Source: a virus
Virus record (IMG/VR): IMGVR_UViG_3300022752_000018
Location: 96,001-160,000 of that record
Strand: one strand, 5' to 3'
Length of the DNA stretch: 64,000 bases
The position numbers and the translations under genes were made by a program. Of the stretch, positions 37,277 to 47,223 are shown piece after piece. Below the pieces are notes generated by a model. That model was not told the DNA's origin. It did not search any database and was given only the letters and a program-made list of their open reading frames with translations. Each line of letters opens with the position of its first letter. Positions within the stretch are counted from its first letter, which is position 1.

Positions 37277-40200
37277 TGGCCTATACTGTAATTAAAACTG
37301 ATGGAACTGTATTAACTGATGTACTAGATAACAGTATAGATAGGATTACTACTGATCTAACCCTAGTAGGTAAAAATACACCTAATTATGGTGAATTTAT
37401 AAATGAAAATTTTATTAAATTACTAGAAAACTTTAGCAGTGCTCAACCACCTAGGGCTCCTTTAAGAGGTCAAATTTGGTATGATACTAGTGAAAATAAA
37501 CTAAAATTATTTGATGGTATCAAATTTATAGAATTTTGGCGACCTATAGTTAGTGCTACTTTACCCAATCTAAATGTTGGTGATATTTGGATTGATAATA
37601 ATAAACGACAATTATATTTTAACGATGGACAAGGCAATGTACTTGCTGGGCCATTATACACAGCTCAACAAGGGAATACTGGGCATCAGGTCAGCACTTT
37701 AGAAGATATTAATGGTGTAACACACGTTATTATCAAATTTAAAATTGGAAATACTCTAATGGGAGTATTTTCTAAAACTGCCTTCACTCCAAATTATACG
37801 TTAGGTGAAGGCAGGCTATTAGAATCTGAAGGCTATTCAGGACCAGTAATTATAGGGTTTAATCCTCTATCAACTAATTTTAAATTCAATGTAACTGTAA
37901 AGAATGCTGAAAATCTTGTAACACAATTTGGTACACCTATTAACGTAGATCAGTTTGTTAAAACCACAGGTAATAATAATATAAACGGAAGGTTGGATAT
38001 CACAGGTAATAGTGATATTGACACTGAATTTTCTCGTCCATTAATATTAGGTAGTTCAGGCAATCTAACAATAGAAATTAAAAATGTATTACAAAGCTCA
38101 ACAGAAATTCCACCGGTAAAAATTAAGAATCAAGTTACAAATCAAGATCTTGCCTTGATAGTAAAAAATTCTGATGATTTTCAAAATGCAATTTACATTA
38201 ATGCTACAGATTCAAGAGTAGGCATTTACAATGATGATCCCCTAACTACCTTAGATATTGAAGGTGATGTTAATTTTAGAAATAATCTTGTAACGAATAA
38301 AGAAAGTATAGATATTTTTAACACCACTGCTAAAACAATTAATTTAGCTAGACAAGCCAATAATATTAGCATAGCCAGTACCTCGGGCGAAACTGTAATA
38401 AACAATAAAATTGTAGCTAAAAAGGGTATTTTAATTGAAACTGGTAACCTAGATACTAGTTTAACTACCTTTAATTTAGTTAATACCGCAGTTCAAACTT
38501 TAAATTTGGCTAGAGCTGCTAGGACAATCAATATCGGAGCAGGCCCAGATGGTTCAGGAGTTGTAAATTTTAGTAATAATGTCAACATACCAGGAATTTT
38601 AAGTATCACTGGTGAATTAACAGTTGATCAATTAAATTTTAGGAATAATCAAATCAGAGCAGTTAATAATGATTTAGAATTATTTGCCGGTAGTGATAAT
38701 GATATCACTCTACAAAATAAAACTATTGGATATGAAGATTTATTATTATCCAAAAGATTAATGTTTGATGGGTTAGGAATAATAGGAGTACCATCTGGAT
38801 TTACTAGAGAATTTCAGTTATTAAACAATATTGTAAGTGATATAGCATTTGGTGGTGATGCTACCACAATTTCTATAGGTTCAACTATTGGTACTACTAA
38901 TGTAAAACATAACCTACAGGTTTTTGGTGACATTAGTATAGGTGGAGCAGATAGTTCACCTGCTATTATTGAAAGTAATGGGCCATTAGCACATCTTTAT
39001 AATGTAGTAGCAAAAGAAATTTTTATTGGTGGTCAAGCTAAAGAAATTAATTTATTTTATGAACCACAGTTACTAGGAAATCCTAGTCCTTCATTAGGAA
39101 AATCTCTAAACATATATGCCGCTGATACTTATCTAGAAGGCGATTTGACCTTATTAGGTGGCGATATAAAAGTCCCTCCAGGGGTAACTATAACCAGTTT
39201 ATTCAACAATTATGCTTCAAGAGTAACTATAGGTGGTGATGCAAATCTAATAGAATTGGGTGGATCTGGTACAACGGTCCGTGTAGGTAATAATTTAAAA
39301 GTAGGTAGTGTAGCTGGTGAAATTGAATTCACCAGTATAGTGTCTAGTGGAAATATTACTAGAGGACAGATAAATGTAGGTGCTACTACAGCATTTTTTG
39401 ACTTCTTGCCTCAAAACATTTTAAATTTAGAAATAGCAGCCAGTGCCGATAAAATTTACATTGGGCGAGGAACTGTAGCCGAAAATGAAGTTGGCCAATG
39501 GCAACCAAGTGTAAACACCGGATCACTAAAAACAAACCCTCCTTATATAGGATCAAGTCAATTACCTATTGTAATAATGAAAGAAAATCTATTAGTAAGA
39601 AATAGATTATTAATACCAGAAGTTGATAAAAGTGGTGTTGGCGGTGCTGGTGTACTGTACAAGAACACTTATCAAGAATTAGAGGCTAGTCAAAGTATAA
39701 GGATAACGGGTAATGCTTTATCTGTAGCAGGTGATATATTTGTAGGTAATATTATTATAGGAACGGATTTAAATGGAACTGTAAGAATTCCTAGATTACA
39801 GACTAATGTATTTGTATTAACTGATGAAATCATTAGCACAGAATCAAGTATTGACATACTGAAAACTACAGTAGATCAAATTACTATAGGTGGTAAGGCC
39901 AACGGCAAAATAATATTAGGTGGATCAACTACCAGTGTAGAAATACCAGGATTTGTAAAAAGAACTTGGAAAACTGTTACTACCACTAGGACTGCTATTG
40001 CAGGGGATTTTCTATTAATAGATACTAGTTCATTCAATGTAACAGTAACTTTACCCGCAGTTGCTGAGTTGGGCGATACTATTCATTTCGCAGATAAAAA
40101 TGGTATTAGTAGTAGTAGAAAACTTGTAATTGATAGAAATGATCATAAAATTAATGGATTAGAATCTAATTTAGAAATAACTACTGCTAATAAAATATTT

Positions 40201-40545
40201 TCTTTAGTTTATACTGGGGTAGATAGAGGATGGTGTTGGGACGAAGATAATTGGAAAGTGATTAATAGTACTTATACTGCTACTAATAAAGACAAGCTTT
40301 TAATTAATAATTCATCCGCTTTAGTATCCAATGTTACAGTAAATTTACCAACTAATCCACAAATTGGTCATACTATTAGATTTATGGATCAAAATGGGTT
40401 AACAGTAGCTAAACCGTTAATTATTCAAAGAAACGGGGCTTTAATCAATGGTTCTAATACAGATCTTACTATAAACACTGCTGGGCGAGCATTTGCTCTA
40501 GTATATACAGGTGCTACTAGGGGGTGGTGCTATGAAAACAATTAA
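37276..40545 (+). CDS. Tail fibre protein with two C-terminal repeats resembling T4 gp34 proximal-fibre repeats
   Basis: Shared N-terminal domain; duplicated W…LLID…V.V.LP….G.TI.F.D.NG…LVYTG..RGW module. Confidence 0.65.
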   Translation: MAYTVIKTDGTVLTDVLDNSIDRITTDLTLVGKNTPNYGEFINENFIKLLENFSSAQPPRAPLRGQIWYDTSENKLKLFDGIKFIEFWRPIVSATLPNLNVGDIWIDNNKRQLYFNDGQGNVLAGPLYTAQQGNTGHQVSTLEDINGVTHVIIKFKIGNTLMGVFSKTAFTPNYTLGEGRLLESEGYSGPVIIGFNPLSTNFKFNVTVKNAENLVTQFGTPINVDQFVKTTGNNNINGRLDITGNSDIDTEFSRPLILGSSGNLTIEIKNVLQSSTEIPPVKIKNQVTNQDLALIVKNSDDFQNAIYINATDSRVGIYNDDPLTTLDIEGDVNFRNNLVTNKESIDIFNTTAKTINLARQANNISIASTSGETVINNKIVAKKGILIETGNLDTSLTTFNLVNTAVQTLNLARAARTINIGAGPDGSGVVNFSNNVNIPGILSITGELTVDQLNFRNNQIRAVNNDLELFAGSDNDITLQNKTIGYEDLLLSKRLMFDGLGIIGVPSGFTREFQLLNNIVSDIAFGGDATTISIGSTIGTTNVKHNLQVFGDISIGGADSSPAIIESNGPLAHLYNVVAKEIFIGGQAKEINLFYEPQLLGNPSPSLGKSLNIYAADTYLEGDLTLLGGDIKVPPGVTITSLFNNYASRVTIGGDANLIELGGSGTTVRVGNNLKVGSVAGEIEFTSIVSSGNITRGQINVGATTAFFDFLPQNILNLEIAASADKIYIGRGTVAENEVGQWQPSVNTGSLKTNPPYIGSSQLPIVIMKENLLVRNRLLIPEVDKSGVGGAGVLYKNTYQELEASQSIRITGNALSVAGDIFVGNIIIGTDLNGTVRIPRLQTNVFVLTDEIISTESSIDILKTTVDQITIGGKANGKIILGGSTTSVEIPGFVKRTWKTVTTTRTAIAGDFLLIDTSSFNVTVTLPAVAELGDTIHFADKNGISSSRKLVIDRNDHKINGLESNLEITTANKIFSLVYTGVDRGWCWDEDNWKVINSTYTATNKDKLLINNSSALVSNVTVNLPTNPQIGHTIRFMDQNGLTVAKPLIIQRNGALINGSNTDLTINTAGRAFALVYTGATRGWCYENN

Positions 40546-40548
40546 TCG

Positions 40549-40555
40549 ATAAATA
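40549..40555 (+). promoter_or_regulatory. Late promoter-like ATAAATA
   Basis: In the 28-bp gap before ATG 40574. Confidence 0.55.
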
Positions 40556-40573
40556 TAACGAAGGGGATCAAAT

Positions 40574-42445
40574 ATGCCATACAATATTAATAGATATAAC
40601 GGGACACTAGCGACAGTGGTTGAGGATGGTACTGTCGATAATACCTTAGATATCAAACTTATTGGCAGAAATTATGCTGGTTACGGCGAAGTACAAAATG
40701 AAAACATGGTTCATATGTTGGAAAATTTTGCCAGTCCTAGTGAACCCCCTAGAAGAATAACAGGCCAAGTATGGTATGATAGTGGAAATAAGAAATTAAA
40801 ATTTTTTGACGGTACTAAATTTAAAACCAATAGTACTGCTGAAATCAGCATAACACAACCTAGTGGATTATCACAGGGAGACTTTTGGTTTAATTCAGAG
40901 ACTAATCAATTATATGTTTGGACAGGCAGTTCATTTATTTTAGTAGGTCCTCAGGCTGTTGAGAACGCAGGCACAACAGAATTAAAAAGTGTAAGTGTAG
41001 AGGATATTACAGGAACAACATACGCTATAGTTAGAGCCATTGTCAACAGTAAAACAATCTATATTATTAGCGCAAATGAATTTATCTTACCAGATAATAC
41101 TATTTTAGGATTTAAGCTGATTAAACAGGGAATAACCTTAATTGATACTATGGCTGTATCCAGTTCTGATCCGTTATACGGTATAACAACTACTCAACAT
41201 AGATTTTGGGGAACTTCAAGTAGTAGTTTAGGATTGGTCACAGACAGTGGTAAAGTAGTGACTGCTGATCAATTAGTTAGCAGTGAAGATCCACAATTTT
41301 CTGGATTAGTGGGCTATAGTGATCAAGGTTTTACATTAGGTAATCAAGACTCATTACAAGTCTATATTGATACTGAAGGTAATGCCTGTATCAGATCAAT
41401 AAAATTAAACGGATTAATAAATTTTTATACACGGATAGCAACTAATGATGATAATAACGACAGGGCTCCAATGAAATTACAGGGTAATAATATTTTACCT
41501 GGAGTTCCTCAAATTAGTAACTTAGGAGTATCAGATCAAAAATTTGCCAACGTGTATGCTGTCAATGTTTATGCAGCTCTTAAAGGGACAGCTGATAAAG
41601 CAGACGCTTTAAATGTAGGTGGCACATATGTAACTGCCGCACTAGGAGCCGCCGCAAATACTATAGTAGCCAGAGACAATCAGGCATCAATTACGGCTCA
41701 AAAATTTAAGGGAACGGCTACCCTAGCTGAAGCTGTATACGGTGGAGTAGCAGGAGATATTGTTTATCAAACTGGACCAAATACAACAGGATTTTTAAAT
41801 CAAGGACAAGAAAATACAGTTTTATCTATTAATAATGATGGTAATTATAATTGGCTACCAATAGCTGACATTGCCAGTTCTGGACAAGCTGATACAGTTT
41901 ATATTACTAACGAAATATTAGAAGCTGATGAGCCCATTAAATATCCTACATTTGTGGAATCAAGTGGAGGGTATCATTCAATCAAAATTGATACTACAGG
42001 CCTAACATATAATGTAGAAACTAAAACATTAACAACAACGTTTTTTGATGGTGAAGCGACCAGTGCCTCTTATGCTGACTTGGCTGAAAAATATTTGGCT
42101 GATGCTGTATATGATATTGGAACGGTTATGGTAGTAGGTGGTACTAAAGAAGTTACACAGAGTAAATATGGAGATAGAGCTATTGGAGTAGTAAGTGGTA
42201 GCCCAGCATATCTAATGAATAAGGATTTGGCCAACGGCACTGTAATAGCATTGAAAGGAAGAGTTCCTGTTAAAATAGTAGGTAAGGTACAAAAAGGAGA
42301 CAAAATTATTGCAACTAATAATGGTTGTGCTATGGCTGGTAAGTCAATGACAAAAATTTATTTAGACAGTGTTAACTTTTTTGCAATAGCTTTGGAATCC
42401 AGTGATGATCCTGAAATTAAATTAATAGAATGTGTTATTCTATAA
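40574..42445 (+). CDS. Tail fibre with C-terminal intramolecular-chaperone/autocleavage-like domain
   Basis: YADLAEKY…GTV..VGG..EVT…IALKGRVPVK…V.KGD C-terminus (peptidase G2/IMC-like); shared N-terminal domain. Confidence 0.7.
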   Translation: MPYNINRYNGTLATVVEDGTVDNTLDIKLIGRNYAGYGEVQNENMVHMLENFASPSEPPRRITGQVWYDSGNKKLKFFDGTKFKTNSTAEISITQPSGLSQGDFWFNSETNQLYVWTGSSFILVGPQAVENAGTTELKSVSVEDITGTTYAIVRAIVNSKTIYIISANEFILPDNTILGFKLIKQGITLIDTMAVSSSDPLYGITTTQHRFWGTSSSSLGLVTDSGKVVTADQLVSSEDPQFSGLVGYSDQGFTLGNQDSLQVYIDTEGNACIRSIKLNGLINFYTRIATNDDNNDRAPMKLQGNNILPGVPQISNLGVSDQKFANVYAVNVYAALKGTADKADALNVGGTYVTAALGAAANTIVARDNQASITAQKFKGTATLAEAVYGGVAGDIVYQTGPNTTGFLNQGQENTVLSINNDGNYNWLPIADIASSGQADTVYITNEILEADEPIKYPTFVESSGGYHSIKIDTTGLTYNVETKTLTTTFFDGEATSASYADLAEKYLADAVYDIGTVMVVGGTKEVTQSKYGDRAIGVVSGSPAYLMNKDLANGTVIALKGRVPVKIVGKVQKGDKIIATNNGCAMAGKSMTKIYLDSVNFFAIALESSDDPEIKLIECVIL

Positions 42446-42457
42446 GGTAATATTTTT

Positions 42458-45400
42458 ATGTCAACTTCAACATCAATTCAAGCAAGTCAATTTAATGCTA
42501 TACAAACTAGAGTAGCTAAGCTATTAGGTACTGGGACCGGAGATTTTGGCTATGGACAAACATTAATAAGCAGTCAAATATTACCAGGTCAGAAAATTAC
42601 TGCTCAACCGTTGGTTAATATAAAAATTGACTTAGATAAAATTGCATTCCATCAGACTAATTTAGCAAGTGCTGCTCCTTCTGTACAGTTAGGACAATCA
42701 ATTGCTGCCACAGACTGGACTAAGTATACCAATGAATTAGATTTATTAGAAGCAAATAGATTACAAATCAGTGAAACATCTGCTCAATCAACTTGGACTG
42801 CTGACTATTCCACATTAGGGTTTTCTAATTGGAATAGTGTTAGAGCACACACTGTAACATTTGACTTTGGTAGTATTAATAATGCCAGATATTTTTTTAA
42901 TACTGGCGGAGAAATAAGGATAGTTCCCAGACATACAGGATTCACTAATGCTAGCTCAAAAGGAGGAGCATGGGCAGCTTTATTCAATAGATTGGGCACA
43001 AAAGGGGTAAGATTACGTGCTAATGTTACTACCTGTCAAGATGGAACAGCGGAATCTAAAGGATACTATCAGCTTACTACTACGCCACTACAAATTTTTT
43101 CAATTGTAGATACTGGTCCATATGCTGGAAATGATTTTGTTGTTCTAGCCAGCGTGTCAAATCCTCTAAGAAGTCTTATTATAACATGTAGATTTACAGA
43201 CGACACTTTAGTCCCAGCTACAGATGAAGCTGTTGATGGTACTACAACAAGCAGTCTTGGTATACTAAGAGCAACTGGTAGCAGTGTCGGAATTCTTACT
43301 AATCCTGTTGCTCAAACAAATTTAAATGTCCCTGGAAGTCCGCTCAGTGTAACAGCAACAATTACAGGTGGAACAACGGCTACAATTAACTATCTACCGC
43401 CATCTAGTGATGGAGGTATTTCAATTTCCAGTTACACTGCTGTGAGTACACCCGATAATGTAACAGCAACCGTTAATAGGGAAGGTGGAGGTCAAATTTT
43501 TGTAACAGGGTTACGACCAGTAACAACCTATACTTTTGTTGTATTTGCTACAAATACTGTAGGTTCTGGACCAAATAGCTCACCTACGGCATCAGTAACT
43601 ACAACTACAGATGTACCTAGTAAACCATTATCTGTAACAGCGGTAAGCACCAGCTCAACTACGGCTACAATAACATATAGTGAGCCCAGCAGTAATGGTG
43701 GAACAACTATTATAAGTTATACAGCAATTAGCTCACCAGGTAATATTCAAGCAACAGTTACTAGATCTGGCGGGGGCACAATTAACGTAACAGGTTTATC
43801 CGTAGCAACAGCATACACTTTTAGAGTATATGCTACTAACTCAAGAGGTAATAGCGCACTTAGTGATCCTTCAGAACTGATAACTACATCTAGTGCTGAA
43901 CCTATTATAGGATCTCCTTACGGTGGTGGGTATTTTGCGGGAGCAGTTAGTACTCCTGGAAACGATTTAGCAGACTATTTCCTCATTGTTTCACCTGCAT
44001 CTTTAGGTCAATCTTCTACTGGTTTACAATGGTCTAACACATCAACAGTTACATCATCTACAAGTGTAATTGATGGGCGTGCTAATTCTAATTCTTTACC
44101 TTCAACACCACAAGCACCAGGTATTGGGCTACCTGCTGTAGTTTCTGGATCTTTAGGTACACAAATTGATATATCCTATACTGCACCTATAAATAATGGT
44201 GGTAGCGCAATAACTAGTTACACTGCTATAAGCACACCTGATAATATTACCTCTACAGTAGGTCGTGCAGGAAGCGGCAATATTAGGGTCTCAAATTTAA
44301 GTCCTAATAAAACATACTCTTTTAAAGTTTATGCTACTAATGCTGTGGGTAATAGTCCATTAAGTATATCTACAGTAGAACTTCAAACACCAATATTACC
44401 AAATAATACCTCTATACCATCAATAACAGGCACTGTTCTTTTAGGAAGTACATTAACTGTGGATATAGGAACTTGGACTGGAACACCTACAATTACTTAC
44501 TCATATCAATGGCAAAGAGGCACAGTTTCAATTACTGGGTCTACAAGTCAAACCTATACCATTGTTATAGCAGATGTAGGTAGCATATTAAGATGTGTAA
44601 TAACAGCATCTAATGCTGCGGGAACTAAGAGTGTAAACAGCGCATATACTATAGCAGTACCAGCTATAGCTCCTACAAACTCCAGCCTTCCAACTATCAG
44701 TGGTACTGTTCAGGTTGGTCAAACTCTTACAGTATCTAATGGAGTTTGGTCTGGATCTACACCAATTACTTATGAATATCAATGGCAACGTGGAACTACA
44801 AATATTACTGGATCTACAAGCACTTCCTATACTATTGTTCTAACAGACGTAGGAAATAGGTTTAGGGTGAGAGTTCTTGCTCGAAATAGTGCAGGAGAAA
44901 ATTTCGTGTTCACAGCTAGTACTGCCTTAGTCCCATCAGTAGCCCCAACTAATACTAGCTTACCAGTAATTACTGGAGATATTGCTGTAGGATTAAGAAT
45001 CAATGCCACAACTGGTGTTTGGACAGGGTCACCTACAATACAATACACTTATCAATGGCTGCGTAATTCTACTCCTATATCAGGATCAACCACTAATGGT
45101 TATACAATTTTAGCGTCTGATGTAGGAAGTGTATTATCTGTAGAAGTTAAAGCAAGTAATAATGCAGGATTCGATATAGCAAGATCATTACCCACGGCAA
45201 CTATACAATCTGCTAGTGCTCCAACAATAAGTGTATTACCTGCTATTACCGGTAATGCTGCTGTAGATCAAATTCTAAATGTTAGCAATGGTACTTGGAG
45301 TGGAACACAACCCATCAATTATGCTTATCAGTGGTTGAGAGGCACTATATCAATAGTAGGTGCCACTTCAAATAATTATACAGTGACCATAGCAGACACT

Positions 45401-47143
45401 TTGAATACTATTGCTTGTAAAGTAACTGCATCTAATGTATCAGGTAGTCTTGCTGTAACATCAGCAAGCACAGGGCAAGTGCCAGCCGTATTGGCTACAA
45501 ACGTTATTTTGCCGGTAATTACAGGCACTGTTGAAATAGGTAAAACTATTCAATCAAGTACAGGCACTTGGACTGGAACACCTACAATAACCTACTCATA
45601 TCAATGGCAACGTGGTACAACTAATATTTCTGGGGCTAACACTAGTTCATATACAATACAATTAGCAGATAGTAATAGTCAATTAAGATGCCAGGTTATT
45701 GCGTCAAATCCAGCAGGGTTATCTCAAGCTGCTAATAGTCTAAGCACTATAACAGTTCCTCTACCTAGTGTACCAGTAAATTCAATTCCACCAAGTATAA
45801 GTGGTACTGTTAGTGTAGGCAATACTCTTACTACAAGTAATGGAACTTGGACTGGTACGGGTCCTTTCACTTACACATATCAATGGCAAAGTGGCAATGT
45901 GGATTTAGCTGGCAAAATAACCAATACTTACATAGTTGACTTGAGTGATGTAGGAAAAACTATTCGTGTAGTAGTAACTGCTACTAACGCATCAGGAAAC
46001 AGATCAAGTGCATCATTACCAACTGTTGTAGTACCACCAACTGCTCCTATTCTTGTTAGCAAACCTGTAGTTACAGGTATAGTTCAAATTGGTGAAACAT
46101 TGACAACAACGGATGGATCATGGATTGGTAGTCCAACTATTACATACACCTATCAATGGTTGAGGGGTAATTCAGCTAACGCAATAAGTGGAGCAACTTC
46201 TTCTACATACAAGATCGTGACTCAAGACGCTAATAATCAATTATATGTTAGAGTAACTGCACGAAATAGCGTAGGATCCAGATCAGACACATCACTTGGA
46301 ACCAGTGTAGTACCATTAGCCACAGCACCAGTAAATGTAGTCGCTCCAACTATTACAGGCACAGTAGCTATAGGTGAAACACTGACAATTAATTTAGGGA
46401 CTTGGACTGGAACACCTACAATAAACTACACGTATCAGTGGCAACGTGGTTCAACCAATATTACAAATGCTACAGCAACTACCTATGTAATTGCAGGTGA
46501 GGATACTGGCTCTACTATACGCTGTAGGGTATCTGCTTCTAATAGTGCAGGTAATTCACAACCAGCGTTTACTCTTTCCACCCCACCAATAGCAGCAGCA
46601 GCTCCTACAAATAGAGTGTTACCTGTAATTACAGGTACTTTAGCTATAGGGCAGAATTTAACTGTGAATCCAGGAACTTGGATAGGTACAACTCCTATAA
46701 CTTACACTTATCAGTGGGAGCAAAATACAACTCCTATAGCGGGTGCTACTAACAATGTATATGTAATTAGATTAGCTGATAATAATAATAGTTTACGATG
46801 TGGAGTTACCGCATCTAACAGTGTAGGAAATCTTAAAGTATATTCTGAACCTACTAATGTAATATCTGCGGTAGCTCCTGCTAATACAGCAGAACCAACA
46901 ATTTTAGGTATTCCTGCAGTGGGGCAAACATTATCAGTCAATGTTGGATCTTGGACTGGTACACAACCTATCACTTACCAATATCAATGGAAAAGAGGAA
47001 CTTCAAATATCAATAATGCTATAGGCAGCACTTATACTGTAGTAAATGCTGATTTTGGTGAAGTTTTAAGCTGTAGAGTAATTGCTACAAATGTTGTAGG
47101 ATCAGCAGAAAGAACCTCTGCACCAACGGGAGTAGTTGGGTAA
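42458..47143 (+). CDS. Structural protein with 3 FN3-like and 10 Ig-like repeats
   Basis: Ten Y.YQW-centred repeats of about 93 aa counted; three P..P…YT.P..DGG..I.SYTA FN3-like repeats. Confidence 0.8.
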   Translation: MSTSTSIQASQFNAIQTRVAKLLGTGTGDFGYGQTLISSQILPGQKITAQPLVNIKIDLDKIAFHQTNLASAAPSVQLGQSIAATDWTKYTNELDLLEANRLQISETSAQSTWTADYSTLGFSNWNSVRAHTVTFDFGSINNARYFFNTGGEIRIVPRHTGFTNASSKGGAWAALFNRLGTKGVRLRANVTTCQDGTAESKGYYQLTTTPLQIFSIVDTGPYAGNDFVVLASVSNPLRSLIITCRFTDDTLVPATDEAVDGTTTSSLGILRATGSSVGILTNPVAQTNLNVPGSPLSVTATITGGTTATINYLPPSSDGGISISSYTAVSTPDNVTATVNREGGGQIFVTGLRPVTTYTFVVFATNTVGSGPNSSPTASVTTTTDVPSKPLSVTAVSTSSTTATITYSEPSSNGGTTIISYTAISSPGNIQATVTRSGGGTINVTGLSVATAYTFRVYATNSRGNSALSDPSELITTSSAEPIIGSPYGGGYFAGAVSTPGNDLADYFLIVSPASLGQSSTGLQWSNTSTVTSSTSVIDGRANSNSLPSTPQAPGIGLPAVVSGSLGTQIDISYTAPINNGGSAITSYTAISTPDNITSTVGRAGSGNIRVSNLSPNKTYSFKVYATNAVGNSPLSISTVELQTPILPNNTSIPSITGTVLLGSTLTVDIGTWTGTPTITYSYQWQRGTVSITGSTSQTYTIVIADVGSILRCVITASNAAGTKSVNSAYTIAVPAIAPTNSSLPTISGTVQVGQTLTVSNGVWSGSTPITYEYQWQRGTTNITGSTSTSYTIVLTDVGNRFRVRVLARNSAGENFVFTASTALVPSVAPTNTSLPVITGDIAVGLRINATTGVWTGSPTIQYTYQWLRNSTPISGSTTNGYTILASDVGSVLSVEVKASNNAGFDIARSLPTATIQSASAPTISVLPAITGNAAVDQILNVSNGTWSGTQPINYAYQWLRGTISIVGATSNNYTVTIADTLNTIACKVTASNVSGSLAVTSASTGQVPAVLATNVILPVITGTVEIGKTIQSSTGTWTGTPTITYSYQWQRGTTNISGANTSSYTIQLADSNSQLRCQVIASNPAGLSQAANSLSTITVPLPSVPVNSIPPSISGTVSVGNTLTTSNGTWTGTGPFTYTYQWQSGNVDLAGKITNTYIVDLSDVGKTIRVVVTATNASGNRSSASLPTVVVPPTAPILVSKPVVTGIVQIGETLTTTDGSWIGSPTITYTYQWLRGNSANAISGATSSTYKIVTQDANNQLYVRVTARNSVGSRSDTSLGTSVVPLATAPVNVVAPTITGTVAIGETLTINLGTWTGTPTINYTYQWQRGSTNITNATATTYVIAGEDTGSTIRCRVSASNSAGNSQPAFTLSTPPIAAAAPTNRVLPVITGTLAIGQNLTVNPGTWIGTTPITYTYQWEQNTTPIAGATNNVYVIRLADNNNSLRCGVTASNSVGNLKVYSEPTNVISAVAPANTAEPTILGIPAVGQTLSVNVGSWTGTQPITYQYQWKRGTSNINNAIGSTYTVVNADFGEVLSCRVIATNVVGSAERTSAPTGVVG

Positions 47144-47189
47144 AGATAACTTAAAACTTATGCCATAATGGTTAAAAAGGTTAAAAATG

Positions 47190-47196
47190 ATAAATA
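47190..47196 (+). promoter_or_regulatory. Late promoter-like ATAAATA
   Basis: In the 80-bp gap before ATG 47224. Confidence 0.55.
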
Positions 47197-47223
47197 TCTT
47201 AGTTAACCAAAGGTAGAAAATCT

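Noticed and set aside
44471-46422. 23-nt exact repeat recurring at roughly 0.8-1.1 kb spacing, considered as a CRISPR-like array
   Set aside because: It is the coding GTWTGTPT motif of Ig repeats; spacing is far too long and it lies within an intact ORF.
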